Below, piece after piece: positions 10,401 to 21,587 of a stretch of DNA of 64,000 nt. The stretch's first letter is position 1; the number at the start of each line of letters is the position of its first letter. A program made the position numbers and the translations under genes. The notes beneath the pieces are model-generated. The model saw nothing but the letters and a program-made list of their open reading frames with translations. It did not search any database and was not told the DNA's origin. This DNA comes from Botryllus schlosseri (lineage: Eukaryota), in NCBI GenBank assembly GCA_051294905.1, contig CM119374.1, positions 9,362,001-9,426,000 on the forward strand. Reading direction: 5' to 3'.

Positions 10401-12960
10401 GTTAGCGGTCACGGCCAGACTAGACGATGTATTCGGCGTCTGAGTATTTCTACGTTAATATTGAGCAGATTTGGTTTTTATGATACAGTAAACATATGAC
10501 CCCGCACGCTTGTTAGATTTTTTACATCAGACAATGATATCAATCTCATTGATTGGTTGAATGAGCCTCATTCGCTCACTAAATGTAGTGTATTTCGCTC
10601 TTGATGTTGTGTGATTGCGGGTCAAGCTCACGGCAGAGAGTCATTAAATATATTCACAAACGGAAAGCTGGATATTTCGAGCAAACTTTTGTAACAAAGC
10701 AAGTGAAATTTTTGAGATTGTCAAGGTGCATGCTCGTTTAGTGTTGATTTTTTGTATGCTGCCATCGTCGTGCATAGAGTGGCCCACAGTTGAAAAGTAA
10801 TACATTTCAACCAATGATGTTATAATGAAGTGAAAATTGTAATATATGAAAAAGGTTCACAGTGCAGAACCTCCCAAGGTTCGTTTGTGAACGTGAACCT
10901 CTAAATTTCAGAGGTTCACACATAGAACGCGAACGTGAACCTCACGTTCACACCATCCCTAATAGATAGGCTCTCACTTTACTGAAATGTACGGTTGGAA
11001 TTAACAATATGACGTCACGTGATGTCATGATGTTCACGTTGGCGTTGATACGAACCTGAACCATTTAAAGGTTTACACCATCCCTAATAGCAGCCGGTTG
11101 ACTATTGTGCTCGGACACCTGCCGTGGACTCTCCCAAGTTCGTGGTAGGGTTTAAGAAACATATGGCCTAATTTGGGAATATTCTACGTTGATATATTTG
11201 TAAGCTATAGTCACGAGTAATATGAAATCAAAGCTCTTTGATTTCGGTTGCCGCCATGAGCGCAACCACGGCACGTGATATCACCAAACTTTATGTTTGA
11301 GCCGTATAGTTACGCCATCAACATTGTAGGATGATCTCTTTATAATTTTTTGCCCTATCTGATTTATGTTCCGAAGAAGCACTATTCTTACCGCATGACC
11401 AAGTTGTAGAAATATTTGAAAGGTTGAAACTAGGACTGCATTTAAAATAAAAATCAAGTTAAAACAAACATGTTCAAAACGTCGCCCTTGTTTAAAACAT
11501 TGTTTTGGTCATGTAATCCCAGTTGCAGAAGGTCGTTTATAGATATAACGGTATGCGACTATACCAATGGCTTGTATTCCATTCCAATAACGAACTCGGC
11601 GTACTCCAGAGCACGTGGCATTTTCCTGAGAGCAAAGTCGTGTAAAGCGGATTGTTGAGGTTGATCACGAATTTCTGCCAGTAAAGCCCCGCTTCTCGCA
11701 CATTCTGCAACAGCTTGATCGAAATTTGTATGCCTTGACGATGACACTTGTTGAGATATGGTGAAACATTTGCCAGCATTAGGCAACCCGCCTTGTCTAA
11801 TGCAGTCAGACTCTGCAACGCAAGCATATTCAAGGGCGTTGTTCGTGAGCATCGATGACAGAAGATGGTATGCTAACATTGCTAAGTATGGTTATTTAAG
11901 CTTTCCTCGATGGAGCTGTAATGAATTGAAATTGTGAAATGTATGGCGTAGGGCAGTGACTCTAAACCTTTTTTAAACAAGCCTCCTTTATGATAGTGAA
12001 AATTTTCGAGCCCCCCTTATCGTCATATCACAAAATCCAACCGGGATGCTAGCAAACCCAACAGATTGTTTGACTACATGGAAGGCTATGATGGTCATGG
12101 GGTAATTAAAAAATATGAAATTCGGTCTATATATAGAGAAACATGCGTGAATTGGAGGTAAATCGCGAAGAGTCGGCTGCTTCTTCGGGCCCTCTTCAGA
12201 TGATTTCACGCCCCCAAGGTTGGAAACCGCTGGCGTTGGGTGTGGCGACAGTTCGTCTCAAAATGTCCTCCGAGGACGCCTAAATGTCCTCCTTTTGGAA
12301 ATTCGTCCTATTTCATACCTTTGAAAGCCAGGCTAATTCGATGACATAGCTGGATGCAACAAAACTCCGAGACGTTCTTTAATGGGCCGGGGATGATGAC
12401 GCACATAATCTTTGACATATGGATTACTAATGGAATGCACACTTAATCATATTCATATATAAAATATTCCTTGTTTGATTAATATTTTTTAAATTTAGAA
12501 TTGAAATTTTAGGTCAATGCTACTTATTATAATCAGACTAATAAATTTATGTCATACCTGACAACAAAACTGACAGATTTCTTGTAATTTCATCAATTGT
12601 ATTCTTTGTTTTCGCCAGCGCTAGAATTGAATCATGGTTGTCATTCGTTAAATAAATTCGGAACAATCTAATGATAAATATAATCTTACAATTTTCAACC
12701 TTCGCATCAATAGCGTCATTAATGATATCGTAGTCGACTGTTGCGGATGGCCCAGCATCGCCCGGCAATCCTCTTAATCCAGGAAAGCCACGTGGTCCCA
12801 TCTTGCCAGGGGGTCCTTGATGGGGTCTGATAGCAGGTGATTCGCTTTCAACGAAAACATCTGCGATGGTCTTGCAGACAAAATGTTGTTGGTTGCTCAA
12901 AGCTAAGCGCAAGCTAATTGATGCGACCAGGAAAAATCTCCAGATGAATATTGACATCAT
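7224..12960 (-). CDS. Collectin-like secreted protein, 4 coding exons, about 258 aa: signal peptide + Cys + 8 Gly-X-Y + neck + non-canonical CTLD
   Basis: Exons 12960-12690, 12620-12558, 11812-11565 and 7418-7224 have GT-AG boundaries with compatible phases (1,1,0) and give one open frame: MMSIFIWRFFLVASISLRLALS...QGPPGKMGPRGFPGLRGLPGDAGPS...SLAKTKNTIDEITRNLSVLLS-ESDC...GKCF...AVAECARSGALLAEIRD...FVIGMEY...WHPTYP...IICEKEI*. Confidence 0.9.
7778..8646. mobile_element. Kolobok-like TIR MITE (host of the foldback element)
   Basis: TIR GGCACTGCACTCTAAAAATGATG / CATCATTTTTAGAGTGCAGTGCC; flanked by TTAA (7774-7777) and GTAA (8647-8650); purine-purine start. The superfamily call is inference. Confidence 0.6.
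7876..8539. mobile_element. 664-bp foldback (almost fully palindromic) element
   Basis: Arms 7876-8192 and 8224-8539 are reverse complements with few mismatches; 31-nt loop; termini TAGGGCTCTTC; perfect 8-bp TSD CCGTATAA. Confidence 0.95.
9265..11086. mobile_element. Ac-type hAT non-autonomous element (TAGGGATGGTGTGAAC family), split by a second copy of itself
   Basis: Ends TAGGAATGGTGTGAAC / GTTTACACCATCCCTA; TSD ATAGCAGC (9257-9264, 11087-11094) with a 2-nt offset at the left end. Confidence 0.85.
10057..10961. mobile_element. Ac-type hAT non-autonomous element, complete 905-bp copy in opposite orientation to its host
   Basis: TIR TAGGGATGGTGTGAAC; perfect TSD ATAGATAG (10049-10056, 10962-10969); GTGAAC/GAACC subterminal arrays. 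Confidence 0.92.
11565..11812 (-). CDS. Collectin-like exon 3: N-terminal half of the CTLD
   Basis: Acceptor GTTGCAG and donor GTATAG; long-form Cys pair (DC...KCF), AxxxC...GAxLAxI, and a WIGL-equivalent FVIGM. Confidence 0.9.
12558..12620 (-). CDS. Collectin-like exon 2: coiled-coil neck
   Basis: Acceptor TTCTAG and donor G|GTATGA; 63 nt, phase 1-1; heptad-like LAKTKNTIDEITRNLSVLLS; 69-nt upstream intron. Confidence 0.8.
12690..12960 (-). CDS. Collectin-like exon 1: signal peptide, N-terminal Cys, collagen segment
   Basis: Hydrophobic leader; GXY x8 at 12745-12816; donor T|GTAAG at 12689. Confidence 0.9.
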
Positions 12961-13100
12961 TAACAAACTCTGTAATATAGAACACATGTCAGCCGATGGA
13001 TCATGCTTGTCATCGACCTTTTTGTGATTTCATAAAGCTAAGGAATGATATCCAACTTTCCAATTATGAATATATTTCGAGACTTTCTACTGTGAACTTA

Positions 13101-14056
13101 ACCCTCAACCACACAATATAAAGAGCTAAATACGCTTCATGTAGGTAGTCAGTGAGTGATGCGAATTCAACCAATCAACGAAATTGCTACAAAGAATACA
13201 TCGTTGTCTAATGTAAACAATCTAGCATGCGTACGGGATCCATCTTGATTTAATATATCTATTGTATCATAAAAACCAAATCCCTGCGATTGGAGTGTTG
13301 CTTACTGCATAACTTGTCAATGGTGTAAGATCCATAGCAAGTATCGAAACCCGTTTAACACTCTACCTCAATATCAACTTAGACAGCCGACGAATACATC
13401 GTCCGGTCAGTGACGAGATAGCGCAGTGGTATAATCCGCGGCTGCAACACCTTTGGGTGCGGGTTCGAGTCCGACCGAGGTCGACTTCCGGATTCCGATA
13501 CCTATGTGTTGGAGGTTTACCTAGGCTCCTCCTCGCCACCTCATCCGCGCCGGCGGTGTCTTACAAAAGCCTAGAGGTGGCCGTGCTGTAAGTCGGCAGT
13601 TCCGGAAAATAAAAAGAATATCGGCCTTGTGTAAATGACCATAGTAGTTGACAAACACCATGAATACCCCCAAAAACAAACAAACAAACAAACATTGTCC
13701 GGTATGGTCTGGACCCTTACTTAATGCGTAAGCTTTTATTCCTTTCAAGTCCCCAGTCGAAATTGTTGGCAAAGCGACGGAAGATAGTGATTTTATGGGA
13801 ATATTATATCATTTGATTGCCGTAGTTGATAACTTTGGTGACGTTTAAAAGTCAGCATGTACTTCAGCATTGTGGCATAAAGTGCCCTGAGTCTTCACCA
13901 GGCATTGTGTACATTTCACTGAAATATAGAGTTGGAATGGAAAGAGCAATATCACGTCACGTGACGTCATAGGTTCACGTTCGCGTTCACACATAACTTT
14001 CCAAAAGGTTCGCGTTCACACGAACCTGAAACTTCCATGGGTTCACACTGTCCCCA
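13101..14056. mobile_element. Truncated copy of the TAGGGATG family just upstream of the collectin-like gene
   Basis: Internal sequence and one GTTCACAC-rich end match the other copies; the other end is missing; interrupted by a SINE. Confidence 0.8.
13408..13691 (+). mobile_element. tRNA-derived SINE, family 1
   Basis: A box TAGCGCAGTGG, B box GGTTCGAGTCC, (AAAC)n tail; TSD ACAT(C/T)GTCCGGT. The empty site AATACATTGTCCGGT is visible in the sister host copy at about 9821-9835. Confidence 0.9.
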
Positions 14057-15467
14057 GTATCCTGTAAAGTCGGACTGAAGTGTATTTGATGTTGGATATG
14101 GCACTGTGGTAGGTCATGTTATAGTAACATAAAATAACGCTAATTGCAAACTAGATCAATTATCAACTTCTGGTGGAAATATAGGGCACCCTCACCAAGA
14201 ATCCCAAAGAATCGCGGATTTAGTGCAGCGCATTTATGCGTAAAGTCAGCCTGCCATCACACTATTACTTATATGTATAGACTATATTACTTTGTTGAAG
14301 TGCAGAAAGAACGTCTTTACATGTTACAGGTTGGGTTGTCGTAAAAATCACTTTGTTATTCACTCTGTCGTAACACTTACTGACTGCAGCTATCAATTCA
14401 TTATCAAAGCGGGTGGAAATAGGAGCAGTCGATGTTTGATGGCATAGGCGTCGAGTTACGGGGTGGCGGCCACCCCATACAGTTAGATTAAACGCCCGCC
14501 GTCTGCGATTTTAAATCATCAGCGCTGTCAATTAGCGAGTCCGTGATAGCACGTAAATGCCAACTGTTTACCATTAACGGATACGAGCGCGAATAATTGA
14601 ATACGCAGCTTCGTCGACGACACGAACTAGTGCTTTTGCGCCTCAATGAATTATAATCCGTGATTAGTAATCAGACAATCGAAGCACCCTCGTTTACGAC
14701 GTCGATTTCGACACGCATGCGCTGAGAAACACCACCTTCTCTCTCGACAAGACGAGCGAATTGACGTTCTCCTTCTCTTAATTAAATTGTATTTGCGACC
14801 ATATTCGTTCACAAAATAATTCTGGAGGTAGTTCCGTGATAGTATCTTTAATTGGAGGCTTGGAGCGCGAAATAGGACAGTGTGTTTGTGCATGCCTGCG
14901 AATTGAAAGTCATTCCTGCGCAAAGTGCGCATATTTATTAGTCTAACAAGGCTTTGCCAAATTTGATCGGAAAATGTAACAATGCAGCTCAATCGTCGTT
15001 ATAATAGGCAAACAATTGTCGCAATGTCAGACGTTGAACCCCATTGTGCTGTACGCAAGTTGAGGAATCACTGATTAGATGCGCGCTTTCTCGTTAGCTA
15101 TCATCTGTAGGCTACTAATCCTTGTATTGTGCAGAACAGAGCGTAGAATTACGTTGCCAAATATTGATGCAACACGAGTCGACGCGCAAATTCTGAATTT
15201 ATTCGACTAGTTTGAACGGGAACCTTATATGTTCCAATAAATTTCATTGCTGGACGGACTTTATCGAGCGCAACCATATCGCGGCTCGAATTTCAAACCT
15301 TTGGGATATGTATTTCTATTGGTAAGTTTGCGCCATGCGCCCATATTGCTCTTACTGCAATAACACGTGGTTGATTAAAAGCGCACCATTTTACTGCTGA
15401 ACGGAGCCTACGTATAGGCCGAAGGCCCCGGCTGATATTACCCAGCGCGTTGTCGGCATTAAAACCC

Positions 15468-16721
15468 CAGGTGCGTAGCCCGGGAGTTTCTCATTTATAA
15501 CTAGAAATCCCCTCCTTTTGAAATGCCAATTCACTAATTCGTATTACCGATGCTGTGTACTGCGAATTAGCGAGAATTATTTTTATGCGAAATGGGCAAT
15601 CTATATCTGATGTGCACTATCGTCGTTGGTTTGATTTGGCGTGTCCGCAGGCAGGCCTGCTACCGTCCGCAGAAACACTTTCGCCAAACAGTAACAATCT
15701 CTGAGTGTTATATTGTTTGTGTTTATGTAACTTTTTGACTAAAACTTATGCCCGCGTCTCAAAAATTGTGCTTGTTGCCATTGCCGAATCCGGGTATTTG
15801 GGTATGACGAGCGTACCATGTAATTGTAATTATCGCAGGTTTGCGGCATGTCTGCAATTTCGTTATCAGCGCAACCTTGCCGGCCGATTGTACAGTCCGA
15901 TAAAATTAATCCCTACTATATGTATTTCGCATAGCGTGCTGAACCATTTTTGTGTAAATATTCTCGGAGCGCAAAGTTGAACAGTGTTTTATTGTGAGTG
16001 CCTGCTAGTTGGAATTTATTCCAGTGCCCATCAATGTTCCCTCTAATTTCTGACGAGTCTGCGCACACTCACCAACTCACTGCGCAGACCCTTGGACAAC
16101 AGTGCGTAACGACTAAAAAAAGGTCATCACTTCGGATTTTTTGTGCGCAACTTAGATTTTCTGTGCGCAGAGATCGTGTCAGCACTGCGCATTTGCGCAC
16201 GTGCGCAGCTTAGAGGGAACATTGGTGCCCATAATATTAATCCAATTATGCTTTGCGCACGTAAATCAGGAAATGCAGCAATGCAGTCAAAATCGATGTT
16301 TTGATCAGCAACAAACTGTCGCGATGCGAGCTACACAATGCTAAGTAAAAACCAATTGTGTTGGCGGCAAGGGATAATTACTGATTGGCCACGCGCGTTT
16401 GTAATCATAATTCTTGTGTGTCCTTCGTGTTCCGGAATTGTCGCGCCGTGTTACTGCTCAGTCCAGCGACGAATGCCGAGCACGCGGCAATGAATGACCA
16501 AATTTATCAACCATATCAGCGGGAGATCGCGTCGCGTTACATTGTGCGATGCAATATGCGTGCGCAGACGAGTCTGGCTAATTGGACGCGGCCCCGCATA
16601 ACACTGATAATACGACTTGTTTGATTGCAACTGAATATTAGCGTCAGAATGGTCATTTTAAAAGGACTGAGTTTTGCGTTTTAAAAGGAGGGGGTTTCGA
16701 CACCCCCTGGCTACGCGCCTG
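15468..16721. mobile_element. Nested element with CAGGTGCGTAGCC / GGCTACGCGCCTG ends
   Basis: Inverted termini are clear, but there is no matching TSD; the right end abuts the host subterminal region. Confidence 0.5.
16032..16224. mobile_element. 193-bp hAT MITE
   Basis: TIR CAATGTTCCCTCTAA; perfect TSD GTGCCCAT; TGCGCA subterminal motifs. Confidence 0.92.
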
Positions 16722-18340
16722 CCGCCACCCCATGCAAAAATAAAAGTCGGCGCCTATCGTTGATGGATATAGACATCTTTGGTAACCACACTCACATTGA
16801 TCTCAATTTACCAAGTTTGCTGGCAATCTTTAAAAGCATGATAACTAGCGAAAATTAGAGTTTAATAGAGTTATACTGCGTTTATGCACGTAGCTGCACA
16901 TATGATAAGTAAAGAACAAAATATATCTGTAAATAGAATACCAAGATATATTTTGATCATAGCCAATCCGTGTTTTGTATTATAACTAGCACCCGATATT
17001 TGGCAACACGTTGCTGATTGCTGTGACTGAGGAGTCAGTATTATGTCAAATTTCACGCAGGGATCGCTTTTGTCACGGTCGTTTGCAAATGCTGCTCGTC
17101 CACCTTGGTAAGTTGTATTTATATTAATCAGAAACGTGTTAGCTTTCGTTATCTTAGTTCAGATCCAGTGATATGTAATTGCGTTCACTGCGAGATTAGT
17201 GTCTTTGAACGCAAGTATAAGACAATTACTGCTGCTGTAGGTCAGTTGCTGGATTACCGCATGGTGTGTCACTCTAAAAACCTAGTACTGCGAAGCAAAA
17301 TCCACTTCATTGCTGGTCGCAGAATGGTTAGAGTTGTGGCTGAATTCAATTTTTATCTTAACTATAATGCGGATCATTGCTACCCTGTGATAAGCCGTAC
17401 AAGGGAAAATGAGAATGACAAAGAAGATTCTAAGTTACGCAGTACTTCTACCTCAAACTCTGCTATGCGTTCCAGGCTGCGCAATGAAAGAAAATAAAAA
17501 TAAGCGAGCTTATATAGCTTGGGAATGCGATCGCCATGTGTCTGGTGTTGCTGGATTAACCTCTTATCGCATAACGCAATTAATTTGGAAACAACTATCA
17601 TGTTACCCTGTCAATCAAACTTTAACAGCAGATATTTCGTCTTTAAGTCACGTTTACGCTACATACGTATTTGATGAGATTAGTGTATCTTCATAACACG
17701 CCCAATCTACAGAGAGCAGAGCGCTGTATCAAATTCAAAGTAACATACCTATCTATATAACTAACTACTTGCAAGCACAGTTGTAGAGCGCCAGCTTTAT
17801 CGATAAGTAATGGGTCGAACCCTGGACCTCACGAACCATCGGCTAACTACCCACGACGCCACCCCTAGGCGGTTGGCGCATAGCACACTACGATTAGTTG
17901 GAGAGGAACATGATGGTACTGAGTCCGCAAGCTAGCGGTTGGTCCCCTGGGGGACTTTAGCGACTTTAAAGCGGCGCTAGCTACGAGACTGGGCGACTGG
18001 GCGAAGGTGCTGAGATCGAAACGGGGTCATGTATACTATAATATTAATATACATACATATGAATATCTGGTCACGTCCTTCGCTAGTGTACTAGGCGAGT
18101 TCAATCTGAAATCGGCACCGACGCTGCGAATAGATATTCATTTGCATGTACTATTGCGGTCTTTAACCAATCAACATAACGAACAGCATTCTAAGCCAGC
18201 GAGAGGTATTGTGCACACGTTTATAAACACATGCACAACGATTATGATGAATTCTGAGGACTTGAAGCACCAAAATGAACTACAATGATAATTGAAGGGG
18301 TATTAGCTTTCACGATTTTAGTCCTTGATGACGTCTTTCC

Positions 18341-19225
18341 CAAGGTTGTAATGACTCGAGTCATGACTCGACTCGAGTCCGACTCGAGTCACGATTTTCT
18401 GATGACTCGAGTTGAATCGAGTAATTTTTTTAAAAATATGGAAATGACTCGACTCGATTCGAGTCAATCTGTGTATTGACTCGACTTGGACTCGAGTAAT
18501 TGCGCATGACTCGAACCAATTCATTGACTCGAGACTCAGACGGCCAAGACCGACATTTCATTGTAATTTCGATGAATTGTGAAGCAACCACCCTTCTGGG
18601 ATTTCATCTGATTGGTACTGGTACTTGAAAATGCGGCCAGAAACTGCTAAAAGTGAGGAAAATTTATATTATAAATGCGAAAGATTCGATATCACCAAAT
18701 ATAGTTATATAAAGTGAGTTTACCAAGACTTTAACTGGAAACTGAGTGGCGAGATAGCGCAGTGGTGTAATCCGCGGCTACAACACGAATGGGTGCGGGT
18801 TCGAGTCCGACCGAGGTCGACTTCCGAATTTCGATACCTAAGTGTTGGAGGTTTACCTAGGCTCCTCCTCGCCATCTCATCCGTGTCAGCGGTGTCTTAC
18901 AAAAGCCTAGAGGTGGGCCGTGCTATAAGTCGGCAGTTATGGAAAATAAGAAAAATATCGGCCTGGTGTAAATGAACATAGTAGTCGACAAACACCATGA
19001 ATACCCCAAAACAAACAAACAAACTGGAAACTGAGCAGTCAACATAATGACTTGGACTCGGACTCGAATCATAATACCATGACTCGGACTTGACCCTCTG
19101 CTCGATGACTTGGACTCGGACTTGACTCGGGGGTGAATTGAAAATGACTCGTCTTGACACGAGTCAAAACAATAAAAGGGAATTTGACTTGTGACTCGGA
19201 GTATTGCGACTTAGTTACAACCCTG
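18341..19225. mobile_element. hAT-type element with GACTCGAG/GACTT subterminal arrays
   Basis: Ends CAAGGTTGTAA / TTACAACCCTG; perfect TSD GTCTTTCC; carries a SINE. Confidence 0.9.
18746..19021 (+). mobile_element. tRNA-derived SINE, family 1
   Basis: Highly similar to 13408-13691; A/B boxes, (AAAC)n tail; 13-bp TSD AACTGGAAACTGA. Confidence 0.92.
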
Positions 19226-20344
19226 GTCTTTCCTGAGATCTCCCCAGAGTTGTGACTCAGAGTTACATCATATTTCAAAAGCGCGTTGACTTTCAGATTG
19301 TTGCATTCAAAAATTCTCACTAAAACATTCAACTTACTGCACGGAAGTCGGTGAATAATACTTCTATTTTACTGGTAAATCATTGACATTCCGGTATACA
19401 TCCCATTAGCAGTATAGAAATACGACAACACTGGTTAGAGGTAGCATTCATCTTTCTGTACAGTGCACACATTCGAGTTAATGAGAAAACAGACTACAGT
19501 TGTGTTGCTCAGTGCTGTGTTGACGGTTCCCGTTCATCGATCGCAACTCCGACTTCGAATCCGACTCGATACATCCAAGTTATGTCGAACCCAGCTTTGT
19601 CACCTATTTCCAAGGGTCTCTGAGAAGCTAATGTTGAGTCATGCAAATAAATTATGTCAACGGTATCTTCTGGTGAAATGAAAATCACTATATACGACAT
19701 CTGTCAGTTACCCGACTGCTCGTTTGTTGCAATAGGACATCTCAGTTCTAATGAAATTATAAAGATATTTGATGTCACGAAATTGCCTCATAAATAAATC
19801 CCTTGTAAACACCTCGCGTTAATGCATTATATCAGTCCGCAGGTATGAGCCAACTTTCCGCAACATACTGCAAACTTTCTGATCAGCTCTTACTATACTG
19901 CTGTATGGCAACAACTATCGAATGAAGAGCAATATTTCCTTAACGACAGCCACAGCCACATCACGAATTTATGTTTATCTTCGAAAATTGTAGAAAAAAT
20001 GCAATTCATTTACATCCGTCAAAATCTACTACTTCTGCTACTTCAACATGGCCAGCTTTCATTTCTCTGAGAGCCATACGCCACCATCAACTGAGTCATA
20101 TATGTGGATCGCGAACCATAGGTTTCCGACTCCTGGCGTAGAGCGACAACGTATAGTCTATTTCGAAGAATCAGGATCATGTCTTCGACAAGATCGTTGT
20201 TCGCTGGATACCATCTGTGCATAGCCGATGACATGGGGGAGGGACGAATCGGTAACAAATGGTGGGGCAAGACGTCACGAATATCCATCGCGGCGCAGTG
20301 AAAACGAATGATGTCACAATGTGCAATGTACTAACAATGCAAAC

Positions 20345-20993
20345 CAGGTGCCGCCAACTCTATGACTCGCGGGCCACTTTTATAATTTTATTGAGGCTGC
20401 GGGCCGCATGAATGCCATACCGATTAAAAGTATGTCACACTGTTTAGCAACCACGTTGTGACAACTTTACGTCAGTACAACGCTGTGCTCTCTAATATGG
20501 GCGATGACCATTGTTATCATAATGAAATGATATTTTATTTATGAAAGACGAACACAAAAAATATCATGATTGTCACTTTTATTTTGAACTATGAGATGCG
20601 CACTATGACAACGCCATTCAGCGAATAATAAATAGATGCCGGGACTAACTAGACACGGTACTAGCTGGAAGACTATCATGTTGCAATACTTGAATTGTGG
20701 GAAGCCCCAGGCCGTTTTCCAGGCGTCTCGGTCCATTACGGTGCCTGGGCCATTGCACGCCAAAATAATATATCCATTCCTATCAGCTGATTCGCCATCG
20801 ACAAGCATTTTCAGCTAGTGCGGAATAGCGATGTTGAGCACAGTAAAGAGCCTATTTTAACCAAACAACAATATTTTAAAACTGAAGTCAATTTCAGTAT
20901 TTCAAAGGGCTTTACTAATCCTTCTTCCGAAATCTGAAATCAGATTGAGGTCCGCAAAATATTACATCTAGGACCGCGTGTTGGTGACCCCTG
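20345..20993 (-). mobile_element. Internally deleted Charlie/Buster hAT element (sister of 3840-4538)
   Basis: Ends CAGGTGCCGCCAAC / GTTGGTGACCCCTG; shared internal sequence; minus-strand VFQLVPCLVSPGIYLLFAEWRCHSAH resembles the transposase C-terminus. Confidence 0.75.
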
Positions 20994-21587
20994 ATATCAA
21001 CAACGAAAGTAGGGTATTCATCAACGAATGGCTTCATTAAGATCTCTTTATTTCAATATAAAATATTAGGACATTCGTCAGCAGAGTGTTGCCTGTTTTA
21101 ATATGGACTCGATCCTGTTTCGGGTGAACTTTTGTGATCCGAGACCAGGATTATCGTATATTGTAATTATACCAACTACACTGTAATCACAAATGCTGCG
21201 TCCGAATGTGATACAAATTCTGCAGCCAATCGACTGTTTTCGAAACAACGTGACAATCATGCCAAAGCGCTTACGATGTGGCGAATCATATCTGACAAAC
21301 CAGTTGATTTACAGTTCCACCTCACAGGCACACGTGATGTAACAAATTGACAACAGCTAGTTAACTTGATTAAAAGCTTAATAAACTATGGGCTTACTCG
21401 GGAAAATCGTTACGCGAAACCTTATCTGGCGTTGTGCGATGCGATTAGCAGCTTTGGGCGATGAGCCAATCTTCCGGATATGATGACTAACTATACATCA
21501 TTTCTCTACTAAAAGTTGTATTGGAGCTTTGTTTGTGAATACGTTCATTAGGAAGGCTTGACATCCCCAGTGTAATCAGCAGTTTAC

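Larger units (their letters stand above)
14443..16758. mobile_element. 2.3-kb DNA element with CATAGGCG termini (probably hAT-derived), containing nested elements
   Basis: Ends CATAGGCGTCGA / TCGGCGCCTATC; near-perfect TSD TTTGATGG / GTTGATGG; only weak hints of a hAT C-terminal remnant on the minus strand near 14700-14760. Confidence 0.7.

Noticed and set aside
11537-11833. Similar ORFs 11537-11833 and 23413-23694
   Set aside because: They resemble each other only because they are the off-frame readings of paralogous lectin exon 3.
12961-12987. ORF-track start at 12987 (MCSILQSLL...) and read-through of ORF 12547-12987
   Set aside because: A splice-acceptor-like sequence lies within it and the signal peptide fits better from the Met at 12960; the ORF reads through a 69-nt intron.
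17105-17696. 130-aa and 95-aa ORFs, one with a signal- or lipobox-like N-terminus
   Set aside because: No supporting splice structure or domain similarity that I can recognise; lengths are compatible with chance.
18285-19332. GACTCGAG arrays as a CRISPR-like or coding repeat (also 36743-38149)
   Set aside because: No regular repeat-spacer period; bounded by TIRs and 8-bp TSDs, so they are transposon subterminal repeats.
19453-19700. Ig-like YxC fragment (plus strand) and a protein-like minus-strand ORF
   Set aside because: Too short, ends in stops, no partner exons.
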